Of a stretch of 64,000 nucleotides of DNA, positions 9,057 to 17,531 are shown piece by piece. Under the pieces are notes generated by a model. The model ran no database searches and was not told where the DNA came from. It worked only from the letters and a program-made list of their open reading frames with translations. The translations under genes and the position numbers were made by a program. The DNA comes from Rhodospirillales bacterium. Its GTDB lineage: Bacteria > Pseudomonadota > Alphaproteobacteria > Acetobacterales > Acetobacteraceae. Location of the stretch: the NCBI GenBank assembly GCA_025359905.1, contig JANYDF010000114.1:46077-110076 (forward strand), written 5' to 3'. The first letter of the stretch is position 1, and each line of letters begins with the position of its first letter.

Positions 9057-9905
9057 ATGAAGATCGGCTTCAACCTGCTGCTGTGGACCGGCCATGTCGA
9101 TGAAACCCTGCTGCCGCAAATGGCGGCGCTGAAAGCGGCAGGCTACGACGGCGTGGAGATCCCGATGTTTGGCGGCGATACCGCGCACTACCAGAAACTC
9201 GGCCGGCAAATCCGCGATTTGGGCCTTGAATGCACGGCGATCACGATTATTCCGGACGCTAGTTATAATCCGCTGAGCGACGATCCGGCGCACCGGAAGG
9301 CGGCGGTGGAGTGGCTCAGCACTGCCACCGAATGGGCGGCGGCGCTGAATTCGCCGATCCTGTGCGGACCGATCCATCAGCCGCTCGGGTTGTTTACCGG
9401 CGCCGGGCCGACCGATCTGGAAAAGGGCCGCCTCGCCGACGTGCATCGCAAGGTCGCGGAGAACGGGGTGCAATACGGCATCCCCATCGTGGTGGAATAT
9501 CTGAACCGGTTCGAGGCCTATATCTTGACCACGATGGCCGACTCACTGGCGCACGCGGCGCGGGTGGACCATCCGAATTTCGGCGTGATGCACGACACCT
9601 TCCACGCCAATATCGAGGAAAAGGACCCGGTCGGCATCGTCTATCAGGCCGCCCCGAAACTGCGGCACGTGCATATTTCCGAAAACGATCGCGGCACGCC
9701 TGGGCGCGGTCACATCGCCTTCGGGCCGCATTTCAAGGCGCTGCGGGCGATCGGCTACGACGGCTGGTGCGTCATCGAAGCGTTCGGCCGCGCGCTGCCG
9801 GCGCTGGCGGCGGCGACGCGGGTGTGGCGCGACTTCTCGCCGCCGGATCAGGTGTATCTGGAGGGGATCAATATCATCCGCGATGGCTGGAAGGCGGCGA
9901 AGTAA
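9057..9905 (+). CDS. Sugar epimerase/isomerase TIM barrel (D-tagatose/D-psicose 3-epimerase-like)
   Basis: ATG at 9057 after an AACGGGAG SD. MKIGFNLLLW..., with metal-site blocks VVEYLNRFE, MHDTFHANIEE and HVHISENDRGTPGRGHI typical of ketose 3-epimerases. Confidence 0.75.
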   Translation: MKIGFNLLLWTGHVDETLLPQMAALKAAGYDGVEIPMFGGDTAHYQKLGRQIRDLGLECTAITIIPDASYNPLSDDPAHRKAAVEWLSTATEWAAALNSPILCGPIHQPLGLFTGAGPTDLEKGRLADVHRKVAENGVQYGIPIVVEYLNRFEAYILTTMADSLAHAARVDHPNFGVMHDTFHANIEEKDPVGIVYQAAPKLRHVHISENDRGTPGRGHIAFGPHFKALRAIGYDGWCVIEAFGRALPALAAATRVWRDFSPPDQVYLEGINIIRDGWKAAK

Positions 9906-9947
9906 GCGGCGTATGGCTATCGCCGGTTACAAATTGAGGAGGCGGCG

Positions 9948-10250
9948 ATGCCAGAAGGGCTATTTCGAGACAGCGGACAGCTTGCGGCCTTGTGCCGCAA
10001 GCACAGCATTGCCCGGGTTTCGCTTTTCGGCTCGGTGATGAAGGGAACCGCTCGTCCGGACAGTGACATCGATCTGTTGCTGGAATTCGTGCCCGGCGCC
10101 GAACCTGGATTGCTGGGCTTGGCCGGAATAGAAGCGGACTTCGCCGCTCTGCTCGGCGGGCGGCGCGTGGATCTGCGAACGCCAGCCGATCTCAGCCGCC
10201 ATTTCCGTGACGATGTGATTCGAACGGCTGCAGTTCAATATGCCGCCTGA
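9948..10250 (+). CDS. mntA: MntA-type nucleotidyltransferase antitoxin (type VII TA)
   Basis: 100 aa. SLFGSVMKGTARPDSDIDLLLEF is the minimal nucleotidyltransferase GSx...DxD motif. GAGGAGG SD upstream. Overlaps the downstream HEPN gene by 11 nt. Confidence 0.8.
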   Translation: MPEGLFRDSGQLAALCRKHSIARVSLFGSVMKGTARPDSDIDLLLEFVPGAEPGLLGLAGIEADFAALLGGRRVDLRTPADLSRHFRDDVIRTAAVQYAA

Positions 10251-10578
10251 GGATCGTATCCGCGTTCGCCACATGATCGAGGCGGCGGAAATAGTTGCAA
10301 CGTTCGTCGCTGGGCGCGACCGCGCTGCGCTGGATCAGGATCGCATGCTGCTGTTCGCCCTGGTCCGCGCCATCGAAATCCTCGGCGAAGCCGCCACGAA
10401 GGTCTCGGCGCAGACCCGCGAGGCATTCCCCGCAGTGCCCTGGAGCCAGATCAAAGCGATGCGCAATCGGCTGATTCATGCGTATTTCGATATCGATCAC
10501 GACATTCTTTGGAAGACCGCCGTCGAGGAAATGCCGCCGCTCTTGAAGCTGTTGAACGAAGTGACTGACGACCGTTAA
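10240..10578 (+). CDS. hepT: HepT-type HEPN (DUF86) RNase toxin (type VII TA)
   Basis: 112 aa with the HEPN Rx4H motif (RNRLIHAY) and a DUF86-like layout (IRVRHMIEAAE...WSQIKAMRNRLIHAYFDIDHDILW). Confidence 0.8.
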   Translation: MPPEDRIRVRHMIEAAEIVATFVAGRDRAALDQDRMLLFALVRAIEILGEAATKVSAQTREAFPAVPWSQIKAMRNRLIHAYFDIDHDILWKTAVEEMPPLLKLLNEVTDDR

Positions 10579-10668
10579 CCACGGCTCAATTCGACGGCTT
10601 GCTGGCGTGGCAATCGCCGAAAGCCGATTGGCGCGCAAGTTCGGCTAGCAGCCGATGCTGCGACGCAA

Positions 10669-11487
10669 TTACCCCAAACCGCGCGGTTGCTGCCCGGCGG
10701 CGATGCGGCGTTCGATCTCGCCCAACGCATCCGGCAGCGCGGCAATGCTGTCGATGGTGATATCCGCCCCGGCGGCGGCCATTTCCGCCGTGGCGCGGGC
10801 GCGGATTTCGGCGATCTCGGCCTCGGGGACCGTGGCGAATTCCGCTTGCGAGTAGCCGCAGATATTGCCGGTCAGCGCGAGACCCACGGTCCAGGTGCCG
10901 GCCGCCACCCCCTCGCCCACGCCCACCGGCGTATCGTCCACTTTCACCACCCGGTTGGCGGGCCACACGCCCATGCGGGCCAGCGCGTACCACATCATCA
11001 GCGGGCTCGGCCGCCCGGCGGGCAGGTCGCCCGCGCACACGATCACCTCCGGCGCATAGCCGCCCGCCGCCGCCACCGGGGCCAGCCGGTCCATGATCGG
11101 GCGGGTGTAGCCGGTGGTGGAGCCCACCTTGATATTCCGCGACTTCAGCACCGCCAGCGTATCTAGCGCGCCGGGGATGAAGCCCGCGTGCTCGACCACC
11201 GAGGCCACGTTCATCGGCTCAAACACGGCAAAAATCGCGTCCACGTCGGCGTTGTTGAAATCGCGGCCATGCTTGGCGCGCCATGCGGCGGCCACGCGCG
11301 GGGCGTGGCCGACCGCGTTGATATGGTCCCACTTCGCCATGCCCATCGGGCCGCGCGCGTCGGCGACCTCAATATCCACGCCGAATTGGGCGAAGGCGCG
11401 CACGAAGGCGCCCATCGGCGCACGGCTGCCGAAATCCACCACGGTCCCGGCCCAATCCAGAATCACGGCCTTAATTGTATTGGTCAT
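10669..11487 (-). CDS. phnX: Phosphonoacetaldehyde hydrolase (phosphonatase)
   Basis: Internal ATG of track ORF 10669..11664. MTNTIKAVILDWAGTVVDFGSRAPMGAF...ARGPMGMAKWDHI shows HAD motif I (DWAGT) and the Schiff-base Lys context typical of PhnX. The start shares 1 nt with the stop of the upstream gene (TGATG). Confidence 0.85.
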   Translation of the reverse strand: MTNTIKAVILDWAGTVVDFGSRAPMGAFVRAFAQFGVDIEVADARGPMGMAKWDHINAVGHAPRVAAAWRAKHGRDFNNADVDAIFAVFEPMNVASVVEHAGFIPGALDTLAVLKSRNIKVGSTTGYTRPIMDRLAPVAAAGGYAPEVIVCAGDLPAGRPSPLMMWYALARMGVWPANRVVKVDDTPVGVGEGVAAGTWTVGLALTGNICGYSQAEFATVPEAEIAEIRARATAEMAAAGADITIDSIAALPDALGEIERRIAAGQQPRGLG

Positions 11488-12623
11488 CAAACGTCTCCAA
11501 CATGCGGCGGTGCCGGGCGGCCAAGCAGATCGGCGAGGGTTTCCTCGGCGATGGCGAAGGCGGTCGATGCGCCGGTGCCGCTGGTGACATTGACCAGCCG
11601 CACGCCCTGCCCCACCGCCTCGATGAACGCATCGTCCGGACCCGACGGATACACGCCGACCCAACGCTCAATCACGTCCGGGGCCGGGATGTCCAGCACG
11701 GCGGACAGTTCGGCCAGCATCCGGTCATCGACGGCGCGCGGCTGAAACGGGTCGGGGCTATCGGCGTAGTGATGGCTGTCGCCAACCACCAGCGACCCGT
11801 CGGCACTTTGCACCACGATCAGATGAATGCCATCGGCCAGTTCGGCGGCCTGCTCGGCGTGCAGCACCGCACGCAGCGCAGGCAGCGACGCGGCAACGGC
11901 GTAGCCGCTGTAGCGCAGCAATCCCAGATCGCTCATCACCGCCGCCGGCAGCCGCCAGCCCGGATCGGCCAGCCGGAGCATGTGCAACTTAGACAGCGTG
12001 ATGCCGCGCCGCGCGTGCACCTCGGGGAACAGCGAGACCAGATCGGGACCGGGGCAAACCACGATGTAGTGCGCCCGCACTGGGCCCGCATGAGTGAGCA
12101 CCTGCCCAGCCTCCACCCCCAACACAGCGGCGCGCGGCAGGAAACGCACGCCATGCGCCTCGGCCAGCAACGCGGCCAGGCGCGGGATAGCGTCGCGGCT
12201 TTCCACGCGCAATTCGTGCGGACTGTGCAGCGCCCCGGCATGGCCAGGGCGGATCGGCGGCGGCAAATCGGGCCCACGCAGCACGCGGCAGCCGGCACCC
12301 ATCGGGCTGGCGGCGAAGTCCTCGATCACGTCCAGCGCCTCTGGCCGCCGCGCCACCATCAGCAAACCGCGATGCTGCACCGCGATGCCCGCCTGCCCGG
12401 CCACTTCGGCCCAGACATCGCGCGCCCGCCAGGCCCGCCGCCACGTCAGGCCGCTTTGCTGACCGGTGACCGTGACAAAACCGAAATTGCGGATCGACGC
12501 GCCAATCGCCCGCGTCTCGCGGTCCAGCACCGCCACGCGCAGCCCGGCGCGCGCCCCGGCCAGCGCATGCGCCAAGCCGGCAATGCCGCGCCCCACCACC
12601 AGCAGATCGAACGATTCGCTCAT
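11487..12623 (-). CDS. FAD-dependent oxidoreductase of the phosphonatase-associated clade (TIGR03364/HpnW-proposed, Pbf-like amine oxidase)
   Basis: 378 aa. DLLVVGRGIAGLAHALAGARAGLRVAVLDR is a GxGxxG FAD fold of DAO-family type. Translationally coupled to phnX. Confidence 0.7.
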   Translation of the reverse strand: MSESFDLLVVGRGIAGLAHALAGARAGLRVAVLDRETRAIGASIRNFGFVTVTGQQSGLTWRRAWRARDVWAEVAGQAGIAVQHRGLLMVARRPEALDVIEDFAASPMGAGCRVLRGPDLPPPIRPGHAGALHSPHELRVESRDAIPRLAALLAEAHGVRFLPRAAVLGVEAGQVLTHAGPVRAHYIVVCPGPDLVSLFPEVHARRGITLSKLHMLRLADPGWRLPAAVMSDLGLLRYSGYAVAASLPALRAVLHAEQAAELADGIHLIVVQSADGSLVVGDSHHYADSPDPFQPRAVDDRMLAELSAVLDIPAPDVIERWVGVYPSGPDDAFIEAVGQGVRLVNVTSGTGASTAFAIAEETLADLLGRPAPPHVGDV

Positions 12624-12735
12624 GGCGCGGCCCTTAGCAGGATGCGCGCTGCCGCTCTATCGCGATTGCACGCACGCGGCGGATTGGCGATGTTCACCGC
12701 TGGCGGGTCGGCGCCACCAATTTGGAGCATTCAGG

Positions 12736-13602
12736 ATGCGGACTCTCGCCATCGCCGTAACGCAAATGGCCTGCACCTGGGACCGCGCGGCAAACATCCG
12801 CCGCGCCGGCGAGATGGTGGAGCGGGCGGCGGCGCAGGGCGCGCAAATCGTGCTGCTGCAAGAACTGTTCGAAACGCCGTATTTCTGCATCGGCAAAGAC
12901 CGCGCCTTCATGCCGCAGGCCACCACGCTGGCCGCCAATCCTGCCGTGCTGGCCATGCAGAAGCTGGCGGCGCGGCTGAATATGGTGATCCCGGTGTCGT
13001 TCTTCGAACGTGACGGCGAGCGGTATTTCAACACGCTGGCGATGATCGACGCGGGCGGTGAGGTGCTGGGAGCCTATCGCAAAAGCCACATCCCGGATTT
13101 CCCCGATTACGAGGAAGCGTTCTATTTTGCGCCGGGCGATACCGGCTTCATGGTGTTCGACACCAAGTTCGCCCGCGTCGGCGCGGCCGTGTGCTGGGAC
13201 CAATGGTTCCCCGAAACCGCGCGCTGCCTGGCGCTCAAGGGAGCCGAAGTGCTGCTGTATCCAACGGCCATTGGCCGCCCCATCGAACCCAGCACCAGCC
13301 CGTTCAAGAATTCTAAGCCGCACTGGCAAACAGTGATGCAAGGCCACGCGGCGGCCAATGTCATGGTGGTCGCCGCCTCCAACCGGGTGGGCGACGAGCA
13401 CGGCCCGGACAGTCAAACGCAATTCTACGGCGGCTCGTTCATCACCGACCACACCGGCCAGAAGGCAGTGGAGGCCGGGGAGACCGATGGCGAGGTGCTG
13501 GTGCACAGCATCGATCTCGACCACATCGCCGATCACCGGCGTGATTGGGGCATTTTCCGCACGCGGCGGCCCGATCTGTATGGGGCACTCACTGCTGGCT
13601 GA
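12736..13602 (+). CDS. aguB: N-carbamoylputrescine amidase (carbon-nitrogen hydrolase family)
   Basis: ATG at 12736 within track ORF 12466..13602. IAVTQMACTWDRAANI...LLQELFETPYFC...YRKSHIPDFPDYEEAFYFAPGDTGF...AVCWDQWFPE carries the E-K-C nitrilase triad in AguB-like contexts. Confidence 0.7.
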   Translation: MRTLAIAVTQMACTWDRAANIRRAGEMVERAAAQGAQIVLLQELFETPYFCIGKDRAFMPQATTLAANPAVLAMQKLAARLNMVIPVSFFERDGERYFNTLAMIDAGGEVLGAYRKSHIPDFPDYEEAFYFAPGDTGFMVFDTKFARVGAAVCWDQWFPETARCLALKGAEVLLYPTAIGRPIEPSTSPFKNSKPHWQTVMQGHAAANVMVVAASNRVGDEHGPDSQTQFYGGSFITDHTGQKAVEAGETDGEVLVHSIDLDHIADHRRDWGIFRTRRPDLYGALTAG

Positions 13603-13608
13603 ACTGGC

Positions 13609-15126
13609 ATGACGGAGACGCTCGCAGGCTACGCCGGGCTGAGCACCGTCACCGGCTGGCGCGACACCGCGCGGCTGGAGGATTTCGGCGCACTGGCCGA
13701 GCCGCACCGGTTGCAGCTTGGCGCGCCGCTGTTCAGCCCGCTCCCGGCTCCACTGTTCAATGACGCGGCGCTGCCCGAGCGCGTGGTGCGGGAGCACGCC
13801 AATCGCATTGCCGTCCCTGGGGCCGAGTTGCTGGGCGTGACCGGGCACGAACTCGGCAGTTTCGGGCTGCTGCAACAGAACGGCCGGGTGTTCGTCGATC
13901 CGCGGATCATGCCGGACGCCCAGTTCAAGCCTGACCGGATGCCGCCGCATTGGGTGATGGGACTATTGCGGGCGGATGCCGAGATTGTCAGCAGCGGCGA
14001 TCCGCTCGGCGTGGTGCTGAACCCGCATTTCGTCTGGGGGCATTTCCTGCTGGAAATGCTGGCGCGGCTGCATTTGCTGGCCGAACTGCGCACGCTGGGC
14101 CGCAATATTCGCGTGGCCGCGCCGCGCGACGCGCCCGGCTGGGTGCGCGGGTTCATCGAGCTGTACAACGCGCCCAGCGACATCCTGTGGTACACCGCCG
14201 CCAGCCAGCGCGTGCAGGCGCCCTGCTTCGTGCTGCCCAGCATGCTGATGAAAAACTACCATCTGCACCCGATGCTGAACGTGGTGATCGAGGCGCTGCT
14301 GGCCCGCTTGGTGCCGCCCGGTCCGCCCGCCGCCGACGCCCCGCGCCGTCTATATCTGTCGCGCAGCCACCACACCGGCTGGCACGCGGTGGCCAACGAG
14401 GCGGAGGTGGAAGCCACCATGCGCGACCTCGGGTTCACCATTTTTCACCCGCAGGACCACAGCTTGCAGGCGCAACTGGCGATCTACGCGCATGCCGAAT
14501 GCATCGTCGCGCCGTACAGTTCGGCAGTGCACAACGCGCTGTTCGCGCCGCGCGGCACGCCGGTGTTCTGCTTCGGCTGGATGAACCATTGCCAGTCCGC
14601 CATCGCCAATCTGCGCGGTCAGCCGGTGGCCTACCTGCCGCCGGAGAGCGGCGAGCTGATTTTTCCGCCCGACAACCGTCCGCCGGGGGTATTTCAGTTG
14701 CGCGTCGATTGCCGGGCGCTGGCGCGCGACCTGCCCGCCTTTCTGCGCTTTGCGGCACAAACCGGTCAGCGCACGGAACCTGCCAGCGCCGCGCCGCTGC
14801 CGCCTGCCAATCCCTCACAAATTCCGGCCAGCATCACCGAGGCGATGCTCACGGCGGCCGCTTGGCGCTATGGCCGCGACGGCGGCGTGCCGTCCACCGG
14901 CCGGTTCCAGTTCCTGCCCAATGGGCAGATCGGCGGCTACAGCCATCCCAACGAGCAACGCTGGACGCTGGATGGCGGGGTGCTAGCCCTGCTGAACGGG
15001 CAGGGCCAAATAACCGCAGCCTTCGCAACGGTCGAACAGGCGGGCGGCAACATCGTGTTGCGTGGCCGCTTCCAGCGCAATCTTGCCGCCGGGATCGTGC
15101 TGCGGCTGGAACGGCCGCGAGGCTAG
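13609..15126 (+). CDS. Glycosyltransferase family 61 / DUF563-like protein with an extra ~110-aa C-terminal domain
   Basis: 505 aa. WGHFLLEMLARLHLL and RLYLSRSHHTGWHAVANEAEVEATMRDLGFTIFHPQDHSLQAQLAIYAHAECIVAPYSSAVHNALFA match the DUF563 core, but the usual HG is replaced by YS. Starts 6 nt after aguB. Confidence 0.55.
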   Translation: MTETLAGYAGLSTVTGWRDTARLEDFGALAEPHRLQLGAPLFSPLPAPLFNDAALPERVVREHANRIAVPGAELLGVTGHELGSFGLLQQNGRVFVDPRIMPDAQFKPDRMPPHWVMGLLRADAEIVSSGDPLGVVLNPHFVWGHFLLEMLARLHLLAELRTLGRNIRVAAPRDAPGWVRGFIELYNAPSDILWYTAASQRVQAPCFVLPSMLMKNYHLHPMLNVVIEALLARLVPPGPPAADAPRRLYLSRSHHTGWHAVANEAEVEATMRDLGFTIFHPQDHSLQAQLAIYAHAECIVAPYSSAVHNALFAPRGTPVFCFGWMNHCQSAIANLRGQPVAYLPPESGELIFPPDNRPPGVFQLRVDCRALARDLPAFLRFAAQTGQRTEPASAAPLPPANPSQIPASITEAMLTAAAWRYGRDGGVPSTGRFQFLPNGQIGGYSHPNEQRWTLDGGVLALLNGQGQITAAFATVEQAGGNIVLRGRFQRNLAAGIVLRLERPRG

Positions 15127-15129
15127 CAT

Positions 15130-15933
15130 TCAGGCAAGCGCGACCAGCACCGGCACATGATCGGACGGCTGTTCCTCGCCGCGCGCAGCCTTGTCTGGCA
15201 TGGCCGCGATCAGCCGCTCCGCCACCGAAGGCGACAGCAGCGCGTGATCGATGCGCAGCCCGGCGTCGCGCTGCCAGCATCCGGCCTGATAATCCCAGAA
15301 CGTCCACAGCCGCGCCGCCGGATGCAGCGCCCGGATCGCGTCGGTCAGACCGAGCCAGACCAGCGAGCGGTACGCGGCGCGGGTTTGCGGGCGCAGCAGC
15401 GCGTCGCCCGGCGACAGCGCGCCAGGGGCGAAATCCGCGTCAGTCGGGCAGACATTGAAATCGCCGAGGATGGCGAACGGCGTCTCCGCCTCCAGCAACG
15501 CCGCCGCGCGGTCCCGCAGGGCTGCCATCCAAGCGAGTTTGTAGGCGTAACCCGCTTCGCCGCCGCTGTTGCCGTTGGGCAGATAAATGCCGATCAACGT
15601 CAGGCCGCCGGCCACGATCTCGATATACCGCGCCTGCGCGTCGCCCTCCGGCAGCCCCGGCAACGCGGTGTGCTTCACCTCGAACGGAATGCGCGCTAGC
15701 ACCGCGACACCGTTATAGGATTTCTGCCCGACCACGTGGGCGGTGTAGCCCAGATCGGCGAACCCGGCGGGAAACTGCGGCGCTTCGCACTTGATCTCTT
15801 GCAGGAACAGCACGTCGGGCTGCACGCGCTCCAGCCAGCGGCGCACATGCGGCTCACGCTGGCGGATCGAGTTGACGTTCCAGGTGGCGAGCTTCACGGG
15901 CGGTGCAGTGGCGTGGCGATGGGTTTCACCCAT
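15130..15933 (-). CDS. xthA: Exodeoxyribonuclease III
   Basis: 267 aa. KLATWNVNSIRQR...LFLQEIK...GDFNVCP...RIDHALLSP...PSDHVPV. Confidence 0.9.
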   Translation of the reverse strand: MGETHRHATAPPVKLATWNVNSIRQREPHVRRWLERVQPDVLFLQEIKCEAPQFPAGFADLGYTAHVVGQKSYNGVAVLARIPFEVKHTALPGLPEGDAQARYIEIVAGGLTLIGIYLPNGNSGGEAGYAYKLAWMAALRDRAAALLEAETPFAILGDFNVCPTDADFAPGALSPGDALLRPQTRAAYRSLVWLGLTDAIRALHPAARLWTFWDYQAGCWQRDAGLRIDHALLSPSVAERLIAAMPDKAARGEEQPSDHVPVLVALA

Positions 15934-15934
15934 C

Positions 15935-16279
15935 CTACCCCAGCGAGAAGCTGGTGCCGCAGCCGCAAGAACTGGCGGCGTTCGGGTTGCGCACCGCGAA
16001 GTGACTGCCCATCAGCTCGTCGGTGTAGTCCAGTTCCGAGCCTGCCAGCAGATCGAGACTCGCCGGGTCGATCAGCACCCGCGCGCCTGCTTGCTCGATC
16101 ACCGCGTCTTCGGCGGCGGGCTGCTGGTCGAGTTCGAACTTGTACTGAAAGCCGCTACAGCCGCCCGCCAGCACGGCCACGCGCAGCGCAGCGCCCGCTT
16201 GGCTGGCGGAGATTTCCGCGATGCGCTCGGCGGCGCGGTCGGTCAGTCGGAACGGCGCGGTGATTGTACCCATGAACAC
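15935..16279 (-). CDS. erpA: Iron-sulfur cluster insertion protein (HesB/IscA/ErpA family)
   Basis: 114 aa. LRVAVLAGGCSGFQYKF...SSCGCGTSFS carries the three conserved Cys. Separated from xthA by 1 nt. Confidence 0.85.
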   Translation of the reverse strand: MFMGTITAPFRLTDRAAERIAEISASQAGAALRVAVLAGGCSGFQYKFELDQQPAAEDAVIEQAGARVLIDPASLDLLAGSELDYTDELMGSHFAVRNPNAASSCGCGTSFSLG

Positions 16280-16338
16280 AACATAGGGGATCGCGCGCCC
16301 ACATTGAAGGGGGCAGCGTGAGCGTGTAGCAACCTGCC

Positions 16339-17514
16339 GTGCCAGCTTCTGCCCCCCCGTTCACCGACTCCCTCGCCCCGTGGGCCGTGCGGCCGAACAC
16401 GTCACGCGGGCGGCTGCATCACGAACCGGAAAGCCCGACGCGCAGCCCGTGGCAGCGCGACCGCGACCGCATCGTGCACGCCACCGCGTTCCGGCGGTTG
16501 CAGTACAAGACGCAGGTGTTCGTCAATCACGAGGGCGATTTCTACCGCACCCGGCTGACCCACAGCTTGGAAGTGGCGCAGATCGCCCGCTCGCTGGCCC
16601 GCGAATTGCTGCTGAACGAGGATTTGGCCGAAGCCCTGGCGCTGGCGCACGACCTGGGCCATCCGCCGTTCGGCCATGCCGGCGAGGATGCGCTGCACCA
16701 AGCCATGAAGCCGTTCGGCGGCTTCGACCATAACGCGCAAAGCTTGCGCGTGGTGACGCTGCTGGAAGGCCGCTATGCGGCGTTCGACGGGTTGAACCTG
16801 ACCTGGGAGACGCTGGAAGGTTTGGCCAAGCACAACGGCCCGCTGCGCAAGCCGCCACCTTATTTGGCCGAATACTGCCAGCGCCACGACCTCGAACTGA
16901 ACACCTATGCCTCGGTCGAGGCCCAGGTGGCGGCGCTGGCCGACGACATCGCCTATCACAGCCACGATCTGGACGATGGCTGGCGGGCGCAATTGTTCAC
17001 GCAGGCCGATCTGGCGCATCTGCCGGTGGTCGGCGAGGCGCTGGCCGAGGCCAAGCGCGCCAGCCTGGACGTGCCGCCGCAACGCCTGCGCCACGAGACC
17101 ATCCGCAGGGTGATCAACGCGCTGATCACCGACGTGGTGGCCGAAACCCGCGCCCGGCTGGCCGACCTTGCCCCCGCCAACGCCGACGCGGTGCGCCATG
17201 CCAAGCGGACCATCGTGGCATTCAGCCCAAAGCTGGCCGAGGCCAACCGGGCGATCAAGGATTTCCTGTTCGCCCGCATGTACCGTCATTGGCGGGTCAA
17301 CCGCATGACCGCCAAGGCGCGCCGCCTGACCGGCGCGCTATTCAGTATCCTGCATACCGACACCAGCCTGCTGCCCGACGAATGGCGCGGCCGGGCGGGC
17401 GAACCCGGCACCCAGCGGGCGGCTGCGGCGGTCGCCGACTATGTGGCCGGGATGACCGACCGCTTCGCCCGCGATGAACACCAGCGCCTGACCGACATTT
17501 CGGTTCCTGGCTGA
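16339..17514 (+). CDS. dgt: Deoxyguanosinetriphosphate triphosphohydrolase-like protein (HD domain)
   Basis: 391 aa. QRDRDRIVHATAFRRLQYKTQVF...RTRLTHSLEVAQIARS...AHDLGHPPFGHAGE. Confidence 0.85.
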   Translation: MPASAPPFTDSLAPWAVRPNTSRGRLHHEPESPTRSPWQRDRDRIVHATAFRRLQYKTQVFVNHEGDFYRTRLTHSLEVAQIARSLARELLLNEDLAEALALAHDLGHPPFGHAGEDALHQAMKPFGGFDHNAQSLRVVTLLEGRYAAFDGLNLTWETLEGLAKHNGPLRKPPPYLAEYCQRHDLELNTYASVEAQVAALADDIAYHSHDLDDGWRAQLFTQADLAHLPVVGEALAEAKRASLDVPPQRLRHETIRRVINALITDVVAETRARLADLAPANADAVRHAKRTIVAFSPKLAEANRAIKDFLFARMYRHWRVNRMTAKARRLTGALFSILHTDTSLLPDEWRGRAGEPGTQRAAAAVADYVAGMTDRFARDEHQRLTDISVPG

Positions 17515-17531
17515 TATAACGGATCATAGTT

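Noticed and set aside
7414-9473. 475-aa and 379-aa minus-strand ORFs
   Set aside because: They are mostly antisense to the nucleoside hydrolase and epimerase genes. Only short stretches near 8591..8948 are meaningful, and those are the mtnK remnant.
10579-10668. Possible terminator hairpin between hepT and phnX (CAATCG-N8-CGATTG)
   Set aside because: The stem is only 6 bp, it has mismatched flanks, and there is no T-tract.
11475-15458. Long ORFs 11475..13013(+), 12694..13950(-) and 13950..15458(+)
   Set aside because: They are off-frame or antisense to the FAD oxidoreductase, aguB and GT61-like genes, with an Arg/Ala/Gly/Pro-biased composition and no motifs.
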